NCBI RefSeq assembly: GCF_009914755.1
Contig: NC_060925.1
Source: the human T2T-CHM13v2.0 reference genome, Homo sapiens
Length of the DNA stretch: 64,000 bases
Strand: one strand, 5' to 3'
The position numbers and the translations under genes were made by a program. This document shows positions 1 to 14,110 of the stretch, in pieces (position 1 is the first letter of the stretch; the number at the start of each line of letters is the position of its first letter). The notes below the pieces were generated by a model. The model did not search any database. It was given only the letters and a program-made list of their open reading frames with translations, and had not been told where the DNA came from.

Positions 1-791
1 CTCTCCCCAGGCTCCTTCACAGCAGGCAGCTTCCGCCTCACCCTCCAACACCTCCAAGGCGCTGCCATCTCCCGAGGTGGTGAGTGGCCCCGTGCTTGCT
101 TCTCTCCAAGGCTGCCGCACCATCTCCCTGATACCCCAACGCGTGGCCCTATGCAACAGGGCTGGGGAGCGGCGGCAGAACAGAAAGTGGGCTTTCCCTG
201 GGCCTCACACCACCAGCAACAGCTCCAGGGCAGCCCCTGGGGAGATCCTGGGCTCCCCGCTCAGCCTGTAGATTCTGGGCAAAAAGGCCTCCAAAGACTG
301 GGATCTGTTTCTCAAGATAGTTCTCCTTCAGGCCCAGAGTGTGCATGTCCTCTTGTTCCCTCCCTGTGTTCTCTCCTCCTGAGCTCTGCTCCTTCTGGAA
401 GCATCATCAGAAAGTGCAGGACTGAACTCTGGAGGTGCTCCATCACACAGCCTGCTGCAGGCAGCGAGGGGTGATGGCCATGCTCCCCTGTGGAGAGCCA
501 CCTCCTGCCCTGCCACCCCTTCAGCTCACCACAGAAGGTCCCTGCTGTTCTAGGTAACCCCACAAAGCCTGACCAAACCACTTACCTCAAAACATGTCTC
601 TGAGGAGCATCAGCAAGGGTGAAGAGGATGGAGGCAATGGTTGTACGGCTTTTGCCATCAAAGGAAAGTCTCCCTGTTCTTTTTCTACTAAGATTTCCCC
701 AAACACAGCCTTCCTTCCCCCAGATCCCCAAGCTGCTCCATCGTGGGGAGGCAGGACCACAGCTGGCCCACACCCTGCAGCCGTGACTCAC

Positions 792-898
792 CTGCACCAG
801 ATCCTTCTTGAGGATCCGATCGAAACTCAGCTGGCTCATGGGGTAGACGGGCTGCCACTCCTGGGCTTTCTTAGTAGCCACCAGCAGGTTGGAGATTT
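792..898 (-). CDS. JAK1: JAK1 exon 12 (E550-Q585; SH2-JH2 linker, start of pseudokinase)
   Basis: ccacag|AAATCTCC ... GTGCAG|gtgagt; [36 protein letters not shown]. Confidence 0.99.
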
Positions 899-3800
899 CT
901 GTGGAAGAGATTGGGGGAGTCTGAGCACAGCACCCAAGATCCGAGCTCTCAGACAGCCAACGTCTGCTGAGCCGGGGCCATGGGACCGGTGTGCGGGCGC
1001 TTGCTGCTTCAGTCATTCGACAAGTGCTTATTCAATAGGCATATGGCTCCTACCCTCCAGGAGCTCAGAGGGTAACGACAGAGCCAAAACTCCCAAATAA
1101 ACAATTAAATGGAAAGCTACAATTTGTTCAGCTCCTCTAAAGAACAGGTGTGTGGTGCTCCAAGGTTGGCATGGCAAGATCTGTTCTGGTAAGAAAGGTC
1201 AGAAACAGTTTCCCTAATGAAATTAAAATTTAAAATGTAAGACTGGAAACTGAAAGAAGTCAGAGACTGTCTATCTTATTTTCTTCTCCACCCCCACAGC
1301 CCGGTACATAGTAGGCACTCAATTATTATTTGTTAAATGAGTGAATGAATGACTGGCGTCTTTCTAAAGGATGAGAGCTATGGAAGGAAGAAGCAGTACC
1401 CGGGCCCAGGGCATGATGGGAACCAGAGGAGGAGGTGAACAAACGCTGGTTTTGAGCCAGAAGATCAGGGCAGGAGACCCATAACAGTGCCCTGTCTGAA
1501 GCTCGTGGTACCAGCAGTGCCTGACATGGAGAGGCGCTTACCAAATGCCCCCTCAATATGCAGGTTTAAGTAGACTATCCCCCAGATTCTACTGATTCAA
1601 ACAGCAAACCCAACACACTACAAAATCCTCGAGGCCAGGAAATCTACAATCCATAGAAATCACCTTTCCCGCTATGGAGCTACTGCAAGGAACGAGGTTA
1701 TCATAAGGCAAGAAAGGACCTTCCAGATTCTGACTAGCAGGGAAAGTATTCTGGGAATCTCTGAAGACTTGTATGTTTTCATCAATTTTATTAACTGAAG
1801 CAGGAATATTAGCAAAATGACAACGAACATGCATTTCCCTTCACTTCCTCTTTCCTGCACTAGAAGACAATAACAAGTTAGGGGAGAAAATGTAGCCATT
1901 CCAGTCCTGATTCCTGGACTGTAACAGAAGGAAGTTCCTAAAAGAACATCTGTAGAACAGCCAGGCACAACCCATGGAGGCCACCACACACACCGCTGGG
2001 AGACAATGGCTGCTGAGCGCCGGGTCCCTGCACAGGGCCACGTCTCTAATCCCTGCTATCCCTCAGGACAGGGCATTCTTTTCCTTTCTAATTTTTTAAG
2101 CTCACATATTCCGACTGTTTTCTCCATGCCAGCCGGTGTTCTATGAGCATTATACACATTAACTCCTTTGTCCTTATGACAATCCTGTGGAATACACAGT
2201 ATTCTTATCCCCATTTTATAGATGAGAAAACAGAGATTCTGAGAGATTAAGTAATTGGCCCAAGGCCAGGCAGTTCGTAATCTTAGGATTCACACTGAAG
2301 TCAGAGATGCTCTCGTCTCTACCCTTCCCACAACATACCTGGCCCTAATCGGGAGAACAAATGTGGGTGCCAGAAACAGGGCTCAGGGAGAGGCTCCCCT
2401 TGTTCTCACAACCTGGGCACTCTTTTTCCAGAGGCTGCTCCCTCCATACCATTTTCCTGACTCCACTCTGTTACCTGGGGAAAATCCGATTCAGAGGCAA
2501 CTCAGGCTCAACTCAACTCAGGAGAAAAGGCATCAAGAAGGGGCCCCGTGGCTGGTGTCCACAGGCAAGAGGCCAGGCAGCAGAGCCACTTGGGAAATGA
2601 GAGGCGGATGGAACCGAAGCCATTTATGGACTATTCTTTGCATGGGCACTTCAGGCAACATGGCACCAGGGTTAACAATGTGAATGGGGGAAGCCACAGT
2701 GCCTCCATGAAGGTGTTTCCTCACTAGAAAAATGGGGGCCACAGTTGTGTCCTTCATAGGTTACCGTGTGGAAGAATGGGATGACGCAAGGGAACGGCTG
2801 CCTTCAGTGCCCGGTATGTAGTAAAACGCTCCCTGACTGGTTGCCGCCGTGATTATGACTGGCATTACATCTTAGTCACTGTCATCATCCTTCCTGTATC
2901 ATCAGGGTTCTGGAGTGGGAGATGGGTAGTGGAGCTGGACACAGGACACAGGACTAGAGATGTGGGACCTGCTGAGCCGTCACGCCCACTCTGAATGGCC
3001 TCCTGCTTTTTCACTTTGCTTTTTATTTATCCCATGAAGAGTTTCTTAGTTGCATTTTCAAGTGAGAAACCCAGATCAGGGTCTGGCTATCAAAACCCCG
3101 TGGTTAGGAGAGCAGAGGAGCTGAAGAACCCAACACAATATTCTCATGTCTAATTTTCACGATTTCCCCACTTCTCTAATTTGCACATGGCAAAGGGAAG
3201 AGAGAGAGCTTTGGGGGACCTATGTAAGGAGGCCTCACACACAGGCCTTATTCTTACTCTCCCAAGGTCAGGAGAATTGGTGCCTGCTCTAAAGTCCTAG
3301 GCTGATGGCTGCACCTTTCCAAAGACAGTGTGACCTGGGCAGGGTGGGGGCAGTGGTACAGAAGGAATCACTGGACTTGGAGTCAGACAACGTGAGTTCA
3401 AATCCCCACTCATCCTCTACCTAAGTGATCTTGGGCATGTATAATTGGGATAACAACATATTCTGGGTTATTTTGAGGACTAAATGACTTAAAACATGAA
3501 AGATCTCCAAACAACGCCTGGCAAACTGTAAGCCCTGCTCACATGATAGCAGCCGTTCTTATTAATTATTACTACTGTTCTACCTACTACCGATACTACT
3601 AGCTACATGGCCTTGAGCAAGTCACTTACCATCTCAAGTCTCAATTTCATCACCTTTGTAATATCTACAAAAAGCTACTGTGTAGATGAAATAAATGAGG
3701 TAGGTACATAAACTGACTGGGCCACAGTAGGCACCCACCATCCAGCAGCTCCTGCTACCTGGTTCACTTGACAGGCATTATTCACGCTGACTCCGTGCTG

Positions 3801-5424
3801 GGCACTGTCCTCCCCACGAGCCCATAGAGTGGTGAGTGAGACTCAGGTCCTGTCTTAAGAGTTCACAGTCAGGTGGGAAAGGCAACAGGAAACACATTCA
3901 GCACTGAGTTTCAGGAGCCTCAACTGGGGTTCGTTCCAGTGTGTTGCTGTGAATAAATAGGGCTGTTGGGCTTTAAGGTTTGAACTTACTCTGAGGTCTC
4001 ACAGCCAAGTGGCAGATGTGTTTTTACCTTTGCGGAAAATCCTCAAGCATGAAAACAAAGGCTGCAGTTATTCTCTGAGCCTGGCAGGAACCCCTATCTG
4101 ATCAAGAACACAAGTCCCTCCTCTTTCACCAAGTTCAGTGACAAGCCCCTTGCTGAGACCAAAAACTGATTCAAACATCAAGAACCCAGGTCCCTTTCTA
4201 TCCTGGTGCTGCTTCCTCTGCCCACCCCTGGTGGTGTGAGGGTTTATGGACACGTTCGCTTGGAAGAACAAGATGTGTCCCAGATAAAGACTCCTCAGAG
4301 GGTCTTCCTCTGACACTCATGGGGCCTCAGTGGCAATCGTGCTGCTCCTTCTTTGAGGCCTTCCTCCTTCTAAGGGAAGAACCTGACGCATGAAGGGCAG
4401 CATCTTGAGGTGAGGAGCAGCAAAATAAACCGTTCTCAAGAGCTAGGGCACTCAGGTTAGGCCTGGCACTCAAGCCCCTCTTTGACGCTGACCTTTGATG
4501 AGACCCACTTCGCTCTTCTGGGCCTCAATTTTCTCATCTATAAAATGAGACAGTTGACTGTGTGACCTCTACGTGTCTTTCCAGTCCTCACATTCTAAGA
4601 GACAAATCCACCTGCAGAACATCAGTGACGCCATTCAAGAGGCTTAACAAGAAACAGCTGAGTGGCTCCCCCCTTGGATCCATTTCACTCCCTGATCCTC
4701 CCTGGCCCCTACAGCCTGCAGGATAAAGACCCAGCTCCATGGCATAGCACTCAAGGCCCCCACACCCTAAGCTCAGCCTCACCTGCCCCTCCCTTCCACC
4801 TTCACCTTCCTTCCACCTTCACCTTCATGGCAGCCCCCGCCCATGCCTCTGTTTGCACGTGCCGAGATGCCCTGACCGCACTGGCAACCTCCCACTCATC
4901 CTCCCACACTCAGTTCAAGAGCTGCCTCCTCCAGGCAGCCCCCTGTGCCACGGAACTCAGGGATTTTGACCATCCCTTTCTGTTTGACTCCAGGGTATGA
5001 TATCTATGTTAGTTAAAACACCCATCACAAACTGCAGTGGCCTCATTTACCTGTAACATCAGCATTAGGCTGGGAAACCCCCAGAGAGCAGGGACTGGAC
5101 CTTATGCATTTCTGATTCTTTGCATCTGATATAGTTCTTGGCCCACAAAAGATGTGCCAGGAATATCTCTCAGATAAATAAACCAGTGACAGGAGACTCC
5201 TCAAGGCATTTTATCTTAAGGAAGAAAGAAGTGATTTTCTGCTTACTAATGCTGAGCATGCCTCTTTCTGCAGCCTAATGAGATGCTGAGAAAGGTATAT
5301 GCCTCTTCTACAGAAAATGCTCACACTCAAGGGATTGGATGTGAGTTGGGCACAGAAGTGTAATTAAACTCAATAAAAAACACCTAGAAACTGTGGGGAG
5401 GGTCCACTTTGTTTAAGTCAGTCA

Positions 5425-5688
<264 letters not shown>

Positions 5689-7607
5689 CTATTCAGGAAA
5701 TGACCAGAAATTACATGTTTAAAATGGGGTCAGGCATGGGTATGTAAGATATTAACATTAGGGGAAGCTGCATGAAGAGTAATTTTGCACCATCTCTGTA
5801 ACATTTCTGTAAATCTAAAATTATTCAAAAATAAAGTTTATTATCAATAAATAATCCAACCAACAACTAACTAAATAATAAAACAAGGTCCAGGAGAAGG
5901 CATTGATAAAAGGGAGTTAATACTACAGCAGACACAGTAGCTATTTCTACAAAAGCGTCACTTGGTTTTTCACCTGTAAGATAAAGTTCATGAAAATCCA
6001 ACCTCATAGGATTGTTGCTACAATTATCTAACATGGTGTATTGAAAAACTTAGTAAGCCCTTTATAAAGTCCAGCAGATATTATATATGAGGTAATAATT
6101 ATGATGGCACAACTTCTCAAGGAACAGCCTCAAACTGAGCCCTTCCAGGCCATGTCTCCACTTGAGGAAAACCACACTGGGAGCTGGTGTTCAGTGTCTG
6201 ACCCAGGTTTGGGACACTGTGGTGCCAGATAGGAGGTATAAGCAGTTTTCCCTCATGGGCTCTTTTTGTACAAACTAAACTATTTTAGTGGTAAACAATG
6301 AGGGCCAGAAAGACTTACATAAGCTGTAAACTAGGAGATGATATTCAAAATCTCAGTTACTTCATCTGTACAATGGGATAATATCACCTACCTAATATGG
6401 CTATTACAAGGCTTAAAAAAGCACAAGTAGGTACAACGCTTGGCACAGGGTCTGGTGGGCCACAGTGTGCGGTGGAAGTAATCATTTCTATGACTGCTGT
6501 TTTCCCCGGGTGATGTGACATTGTTAGGGAGTCACGGAAACTCTTGGTACTGCACAGGCCAATTCCACTTCAGGAGGAGGCTGGGCTGTCTCATGCACCC
6601 CTCCATCGTAAACACATTAAACTTCCTCCAATGACTGATGAATAGACGGCAAGCATTCTGGGAAGGCAATGAACCTGACAGGCTCTGAGCCACGGAGCCC
6701 CGAGGCCCAGCTGTTCAGCAAGAGCCTGGGCAGGTGGTGGTGTTCCTGCATTGCATCACCCAGGACACTTGGCAGCGCTGGTTCCTTCTGCCGTTTCCTC
6801 CTCCCACTCTTGACTGAGTCCAGCCCCAGGGGTTCGCCAATAAGCTTGTCCTTCCTGCGTCTACCCTCCGTGCCAAAGGCCCCTCCGTGTCCCAGGTCTC
6901 CCCATGCATGTGGAGCCTAACCAGTACTGATTAAAGTGTACTGATGTAAAGTGTTTTGTAAAACTCACTGTCTTTGAAAATATTCCACTTTGTAGTTTTT
7001 TTAATTACATGAATAACAAAGGCATTTGTGGTCTAGTGAGGCAAAGTCAGTAATTCTGGTGAATATCTTAGCCCTCAGAATGTATCTCACATCATCCCCA
7101 GCTTCAGCTACGCTTCAATCACTAAAAGACATCTCTATTCATTGTTCTAAGATGGGGTGGCAATTTGTTAAAGTGTCTGAAGCTACCATTTGGAAAAAAC
7201 TGTGTTAGGCCATGTGGATGAAGTGGCATTTGGGCGCTGGTTTGTACCAGTGAATGCTGTAGACAGGCATAGCTCTGGGTCTGAGATGATGGTGGCACTG
7301 AGTCTAAATAAACCACTCTAAATAATGACACTATACTTTCCAAGTGTTGGGTGTGAATTGGTTTTCTGGTCATGTTCTGTCTTCCAGAGCCATGGTGGAC
7401 CCCCACCATGGGTCCCATGAAGGAAGAAGGGCCCTACAGGGGGAGGATGTAGGGGTCTGGCTACTGGGGAGCAGTCTCCTTTTGAGAGCAGGGGCCCTTG
7501 CCTGACCTCCCAGGGATCTTCTCAGAGACCCAGGCTTTTCAGTTCCACCCTGCCAAGGGTGGTTCTGTCTGCAGCAGCTCCTGAACCAGGCTACACTGGA
7601 CACCTCA

Positions 7608-7862
<255 letters not shown>

Positions 7863-8589
7863 TTAACAGCCCCATCACACTATCTGCCCTGCCTGGGATC
7901 CTAAAGTCCCCTCTGATGCCATCCATGAGCGTAGCGGAAATACCGAGTGGCCTCAGGACCGATGGAGTCTCCAAGGTTGAGAAGAGGACTCAGACTCCTG
8001 CCCAAGGCAATGAGCCCTGCTTGTCCCCGCATTCCCTACAGACATCATCTCCAGCTCAAGACAGAAGAGCCTCTCTGGAGGCTGGTGATGAGCATCTGCC
8101 ACGCCTCCCCTCCACCCCTAGCCAGCCCAGTGGAAGCACAAACCTCATGGGGGTGGGAACTGGAGGCCATGTTGTTTATTGTTGTATCACCATGGGCTCA
8201 CACTGAGAGAATACATCAGTGAGGACTGGACAGATGTTAGTAGGAACAGGCCTGTCTTACATTTCTTTGTATCCCCAGGACCAGTGAGTCCTGGCATGTA
8301 GAGAGCAGTGAATACTGACTGAATACATCCCTGCATGAGGTGAGTGCTGCTTGCTAAGTGCTGGTGAGAGAGGGCCGCCATGGTTCGTGTGTTTTAGAGA
8401 GACAGGGACATTGTGTACTTTCTAACTGCGCCATGCCTTTGCATGTGCTGACCTCTCATCTAGGTACCCTTTCCGTGCTTTAAGGCCTGGCAAGCCATCA
8501 TTGATTCTTTGGTTTAATCAGATTTGAATGCCACCTACTCTGAGCAGGCTCTTTAGGCAAGGAATGTCAGCATCCCATCAAACATGAAA

Positions 8590-9010
8590 TATCCATTCAT
8601 TCAACAAATACTCACTGAGGGCCTACAATGTGTCAGACCCTGTGTGTGCTAAGAAAGCAGTGAGCAATGCAGCCCCAGCCTTTGGGAAGCTCATATTCTG
8701 GGAGGTGAGGGTAGTCAGACCAGGAACAAATGTTATGTTATGTAAATAAACATAGTATCTCAGGAGGTAACAACTGCCACTGAAGGAAAATAAGGTAGAG
8801 TGCAGTGGCCAACATGTATGGGATGGAGAAGGGAAAGAGGTATGATTGTATATAAGGTGGTCAAGGAAGACTTCACGGATAAGGTGATATCTGACTAGCA
8901 CCTGAAGGAAGTGGAGGCTGTGCAGATTCTGGAGGAAGGGCATTCTGGGCCAAGGGAAGAGCGAGTGCCTGGGCCCTGAAGCACAACCATAGCTGGGACA
9001 TTGGCAGAAG
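8590..9010 (-). mobile_element. L2 3' fragment
   Basis: cattcattcaacaaatactcactgagggcctacaatgtgtcag... Confidence 0.75.
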
Positions 9011-9619
9011 ACGCTTTTCAAATGCTCAACCCCTTGCTCTGCCATTCTTTGTGTGTCTGTTTCCCTATGAGTCTGTGAGCCTCTCAAGGCCAGGGCCATG
9101 TGACTACTAAGCTACCTGTCCACAAGGCAGCCGGAAGAGGGAAGAAGGTGAGAAGCACATCATGTGAAAGGTGGCAGAAGAGATGCTTCCCCAGATATTC
9201 TGTGGTCTGAAAAGAGAGGCTCAGAAGAAACACAGCAGCTGGCTGTTTTCCTTTGCCTGAAGGGCTGTCATATGTAAGAGAAAGTCAAAAGAATCCCTGT
9301 TGTCTCAAAAGGCAGAATTCAAGTGAGTAGGCAGAAGTTACAGAGAAGCCAACTACAGCTCCATATCAGAAAGGTATGCACATCTCTCACAGTCAGAGCT
9401 CCAATCCATGGGCTGCCTCACACATTGCCCATCACCAGAGGTACTTCAGCACAGGCTGCCAGTTCTGAGATGCAGGTGGGACAAGGCATCCCACACAGCC
9501 CCTTCTGGCCTTAAGGCTGTATTACCCTCACGGTCCCCACTGTTCACCTGGCACCTTGGGACAAGCTGACTGACAATTCCATTTATTACACTGTCTGATG
9601 CTGAGATCATCATCTGATC

Positions 9620-9762
9620 TTTCTTTTTCTTCTTTTATATATTTTAGAGATGGGATATTGCTATGTTGCCCAGGCTAGAATTGAACTCCTGGGCTCAAGT
9701 GATCCTCCCACCTCAGCCTCTCAAGGAGCTGAAACTACAGGCACATGGCAGCACGCTCAGCT
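9620..9762 (-). mobile_element. Alu monomer (FLAM-like)
   Basis: T-rich tail, then gttgcccaggct...gaactcctgggctcaagtgatcctcccacctcagcctc; single arm. Confidence 0.85.
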
Positions 9763-10043
9763 GTGTTCAGTGTTTCTTGAATTGCCCACATTGTTTGACA
9801 CAGCAAGAAATCAGAAAGTGTAGTACTTCTTGATCAGCTATGGAGAGGTGAGGGGGTTAAACTATGAAGAGAGATCCAAGTAAAGAAGCAGCATTGAGGG
9901 GCTGCTGCAAAGAGGATGGTAGGAGATTACAGGAAGGCCTGACCAGAGCTTGGACAGCAGGGAGGAAAGGAGGACAGCCAACAAGTACCAGGCAGCATGG
10001 TCAACTGGCCTGACCTAAACAATGATGACATGCCCCATCACTA

Positions 10044-10280
<237 letters not shown>

Positions 10281-10393
10281 TTACATCATGTCTCTATCAG
10301 CTTAAGTGGCTGACTCTGTAGGGAGGTGCACAGTGAGAAGATTTTTATAACCCAATGGGAACCCCAAAGGGAAAACCTTTTCATCAATACTAA

Positions 10394-10739
<346 letters not shown>

Positions 10740-10809
10740 CCCCTTGCATTTATATAGGACTTTCACTGTTCAACACATTTTCCCATCTATTATCTCAAAC
10801 TATCAGATG

Positions 10810-10813
<4 letters not shown>

Positions 10814-10865
<52 letters not shown>

Positions 10866-10929
10866 GGGGGTGACGCGGTGGGGGAGGCTGTGGCAGGCAG
10901 GGAGACATGCAGAGAAGCTGTCCCCTGGG

Positions 10930-10981
<52 letters not shown>

Positions 10982-11056
10982 TGTGTGTTGGGGGTGACGC
11001 GGTGGGGGAGGCTGTGGCAGGCAGGGAGACATGCAGAGAAGCTGTCCCCTGGGTCC
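10814..11056. repeat. Two-copy tandem repeat: (TG)n + identical 68-bp G-rich segment
   Basis: 10865-10932 is identical to 10989-11056; each is preceded by a (TG) run of about 25-28 units. Confidence 0.96.
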
Positions 11057-12244
11057 AGATGGGAGAAGAGGAAGCCTGAATCAAGGTGGCAGAGGCACAA
11101 AAGTGGAGGTGGGAAGGGGCAAAGCATGCACCGTGATCTTGGCACTCAACGGTGAATGGCTAAATCGGCATTATTCCTGCTTAGGAGAAAAGAAACAGAG
11201 GCAGTGTGGTTCATCTCATAGCAGACTTGCTCTAGAAGGTGAAACTCCCGGATTTTAATCTAGGAATAATCCCAGGCCCAGTGAAGAGTTTGCTAGATTA
11301 AGCCTAGGGAGCTCTGAGAGTTGGAGAGAGCAGAGTGTCTTACTCAGAGTGGGAAGAGGCAAAGGCACCTGTGGAGAAGAGGAGGGAGGGGATTTCCATC
11401 AAGGAAGGTGTTCTGAAAGACACCTGTGTTGTAGATTTGGGGTACTTTTGTCCTGATCATTGATCCCTGAAGAGACTGCCCATTTGACAGGAACTATCAG
11501 GTCAATCAAGAACATTTCCTGGCAAGGGAAGGTATGCAAAAGCCATGATTTGGAGCTTTGACTCACAAAAAAACATTAAAAAGCATCTGAGGCTTCAAAA
11601 AAGGGCAAAATGACTCTTTCATAGCCCTGTAGAAAGGAGAGGCAGGTGGCAGAAATGAGAGGACAGTGAAGGGAAAAAGGAGCAGGGGAGACAAGCCACT
11701 CGGCAGGAGGGAGGTCAGGGGCCTAGTGCAGCTGTAATGCCGAAGGAAGCATGCCTGGGGCTATGAGGAAGGAGGCCTGGAGAGGGCAGGGTCACCATAG
11801 GAATGGCACTTCAGAAAAAAGAAACCACACTGAGCACACTGCCTTGCGGGTGTGACCAGGCACCCACCTGCGGATATCCCTGAAGAGCAAATTCAAGATG
11901 CTCTGAACAAGGGGCAGGCTGGCCTGGGCAGCCCCTCACCCAGCCACATGATAAGTAAGACCACATCTGCACTTACATTTCCTGAGAACAGGAGTCTAAA
12001 CAGAAATGAGGGATGCCAAGGAGATGTAGAGAGAAGTGATACATGAAGGTCTGACTTGACAACATGCTGGTATCAGGGTTTCTTCAAAGCACTGCCTGAT
12101 TAAAGGGCTTGGGAATCCCATGGCTGGGAGGGGACAACGAGGGCATGAGATTCTAAACTGGCAGCATGGAGCAGTGGTCAACCCTCAGCTCAGGCTCTAG
12201 AGCCAGCTGCTCTGGGTTCAAATCGCAGCCTCTCCACCTGCTAG

Positions 12245-12321
12245 TAGGGTTATGCATATGGAATCATCATTTTTATAGGTCAAAATGGTCAAATATTGGC
12301 AATTTCAAATGCTTTAACCTA
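12245..12321. mobile_element. MADE2-like mariner MITE inserted into a MIR (MIR ~12165-12480)
   Basis: ~77-bp quasi-palindrome tagg.tt...catatg.aat...ggcaatttca.atg.tt.aaccta splitting the MIR core. Confidence 0.7.
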
Positions 12322-12824
12322 ACAGCTCTGTGACCTTGGACAGGTTACTTAACCTCTTCGTGCCTCAGTTTCCCCTTATCATACTCACCCATAGGGTTGA
12401 CATGAAAATTAAAATAGGTGGTATTTGTGAAGTGCTCAGAATAGGAAGTACCTGACACATAGTAAGGGCTAGCGTGGTAAAGAAAAACAAACTAATGGAG
12501 GAATCAAGTATTTCTTTCTTCCTGCCCTCCTCCTGCTCCCTCCACAGCACTGTGGCTTGGCATAGAGTCATTGGCCCATGTGGCCAGGGTGAGCTCTGAC
12601 TTAGATGATGGGTGCACCAACTTGTGTTGGTGCTAGACTTGACTGTGTCAACCAGGACAGGACAGGATGGGGCAGGCTCATAAAATGTGCACCAGGCATA
12701 CACCACGTTGAAGAGCCAGATCATGGACATGTCAGCCTCTCCCTCACTCCCTTCGGGGTCTCTGGGGGATGATAACGCCTTAGAAGCCAAAGCAACACAG
12801 GCAAAATGCACAGGCAGGAACCAG

Positions 12825-13420
12825 ACAGAGCTGGGCAAGTGCCTGCCACTTTCTCACTGAGTGACCCTGTGCAAGATCCCATGCCTCTTGATTAGTCTCA
12901 GATTCCTCATTTCAAGTAGAGCTGATGCTCAGTCCCCTAAGGTTCTTACAAGGACTAAGACAGACCAAGATACAGGCACAGCATATAACACGGGGCCTAA
13001 TATCCAGGATGCAGCATGTGACACGGGGCCTAATATCCAGGATGCAGCATATAACAGGGGGCCTAATACCCAGGATGCAGCATATAACACAGGGCCTAAT
13101 ACCCACGATGCAGCATATAACACGGGGCTTAATACCCAGGATGCAGCATATAACACGGGGCCTAATATCCAGGATGCAGCATATGACACGGGGCCTAATA
13201 TCCAGGATGCAGCATATGACAGGGGGCCTAATATCCAGGATGCAGCATATGACACGGGGCCTAAAATCCAGGATGCAGCATATGACACGGGGCCTAATAT
13301 CCAGGATGCAGCATATAACACGGGGCCTAATATCCAGGATGCAGCATATGACACGGGGCCTAATATCCAGGATGCAGCATATAACACGGGGCCTGATATC
13401 CAGGATGTGCTCCATCAACA
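12825..13420 (+). mobile_element. MIR whose 3' part has been expanded into the 33-bp minisatellite
   Basis: gtgaccctgtgcaag...gtctcagattcctcatt...aaggttcttacaaggactaa precedes the array; gtgctccatcaa follows it. Confidence 0.65.
12978..13406. repeat. 33-bp minisatellite, 13 copies (gcagcatat[a/g]acacggggcctaatatccaggat), intron 8
   Basis: Units start every 33 nt from 12978 to 13374; 0-3 substitutions per unit; explains four overlapping repetitive ORFs. Confidence 0.98.
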
Positions 13421-13559
13421 GCATTTCTTCTTTTCTCCCTCCATTTCGCATCTTTCCATTAACATCCATCTGAGCTCTTCTACTTCTCCCCCTTCACTTT
13501 GTTTTTACTATATTTTTCTAATAAAATTAATGTAAGTTTTTTGTTTAAAAAAAAGGAGG

Positions 13560-14110
13560 GGAGAATAAGAAAATTAAAACCACTCATAATGCCACCATAA
13601 ATAAGTAGCTGTTAATATTTATTTTTCTAAGAGCATGTGTATATACATGCATACCTATTGATATTTTGAACAAAACTGGTCCCATTCTATAGGTAAAGTT
13701 TTATATCCTGCTTTTTCCCCTGACCTTTTTTCCAGGTCATTAAAAAATTCAGCAACCTGATTGTCTAATATTCTGCTTCTCAGGCAAATTGTGATTTATT
13801 TTCCTATTCTCCTATTATTGTATATTTAAGTTATTTTCAGAATTTTGACACTTTAATTACTACTGGAATGAATATTCTTATTCATAAACCATAACCTGCC
13901 TCTCACATTGTTTCTGGAAGATAGATTCATTCTCTAGATTCCTGAACAGAGGGATATATAAATATTTTCAAGGCTTTTAACAGGTTACCAAACTGTTTTC
14001 CAAAAGGTTATATCAGAAAGACAAGTTATTCTGAATACAAGAGAGTGACTGTCTGCCCTAAACCGTATCACCAGGCTCTTCCTCAGCACTGAGCGTTATC
14101 ATTGTGACAC
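13560..14110 (-). mobile_element. Old L1M(E)-like fragment
   Basis: atgaatattctt...gatagattc...ccaaactgttttccaaaaggttata pattern; degenerate. Confidence 0.55.

Noticed and set aside
1246-1757. ISRE-like GAAACTGAAA (1246-1255) and GAS TTCTGGGAA (1749-1757); other GAS 9-mers at ~6656, 20052, 39163, 41845 and 55162, suggesting JAK-STAT autoregulation
   Set aside because: TTCnnnGAA is expected more than a dozen times by chance in 64 kb; no clustering or tandem arrangement to support function.
12978-13406. CRISPR-like regular ~33-bp repeats
   Set aside because: Units are head-to-tail with no unique spacers, there are no cas genes, and the context is a human intron.
12861-13535. 224-aa ORF with (QDAAYNTGPNI)n repeats and three overlapping 152-185 aa ORFs
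   Set aside because: Artefact of a 33-bp (11-codon) unit lacking stops in four frames; no promoter, splice or homology support.
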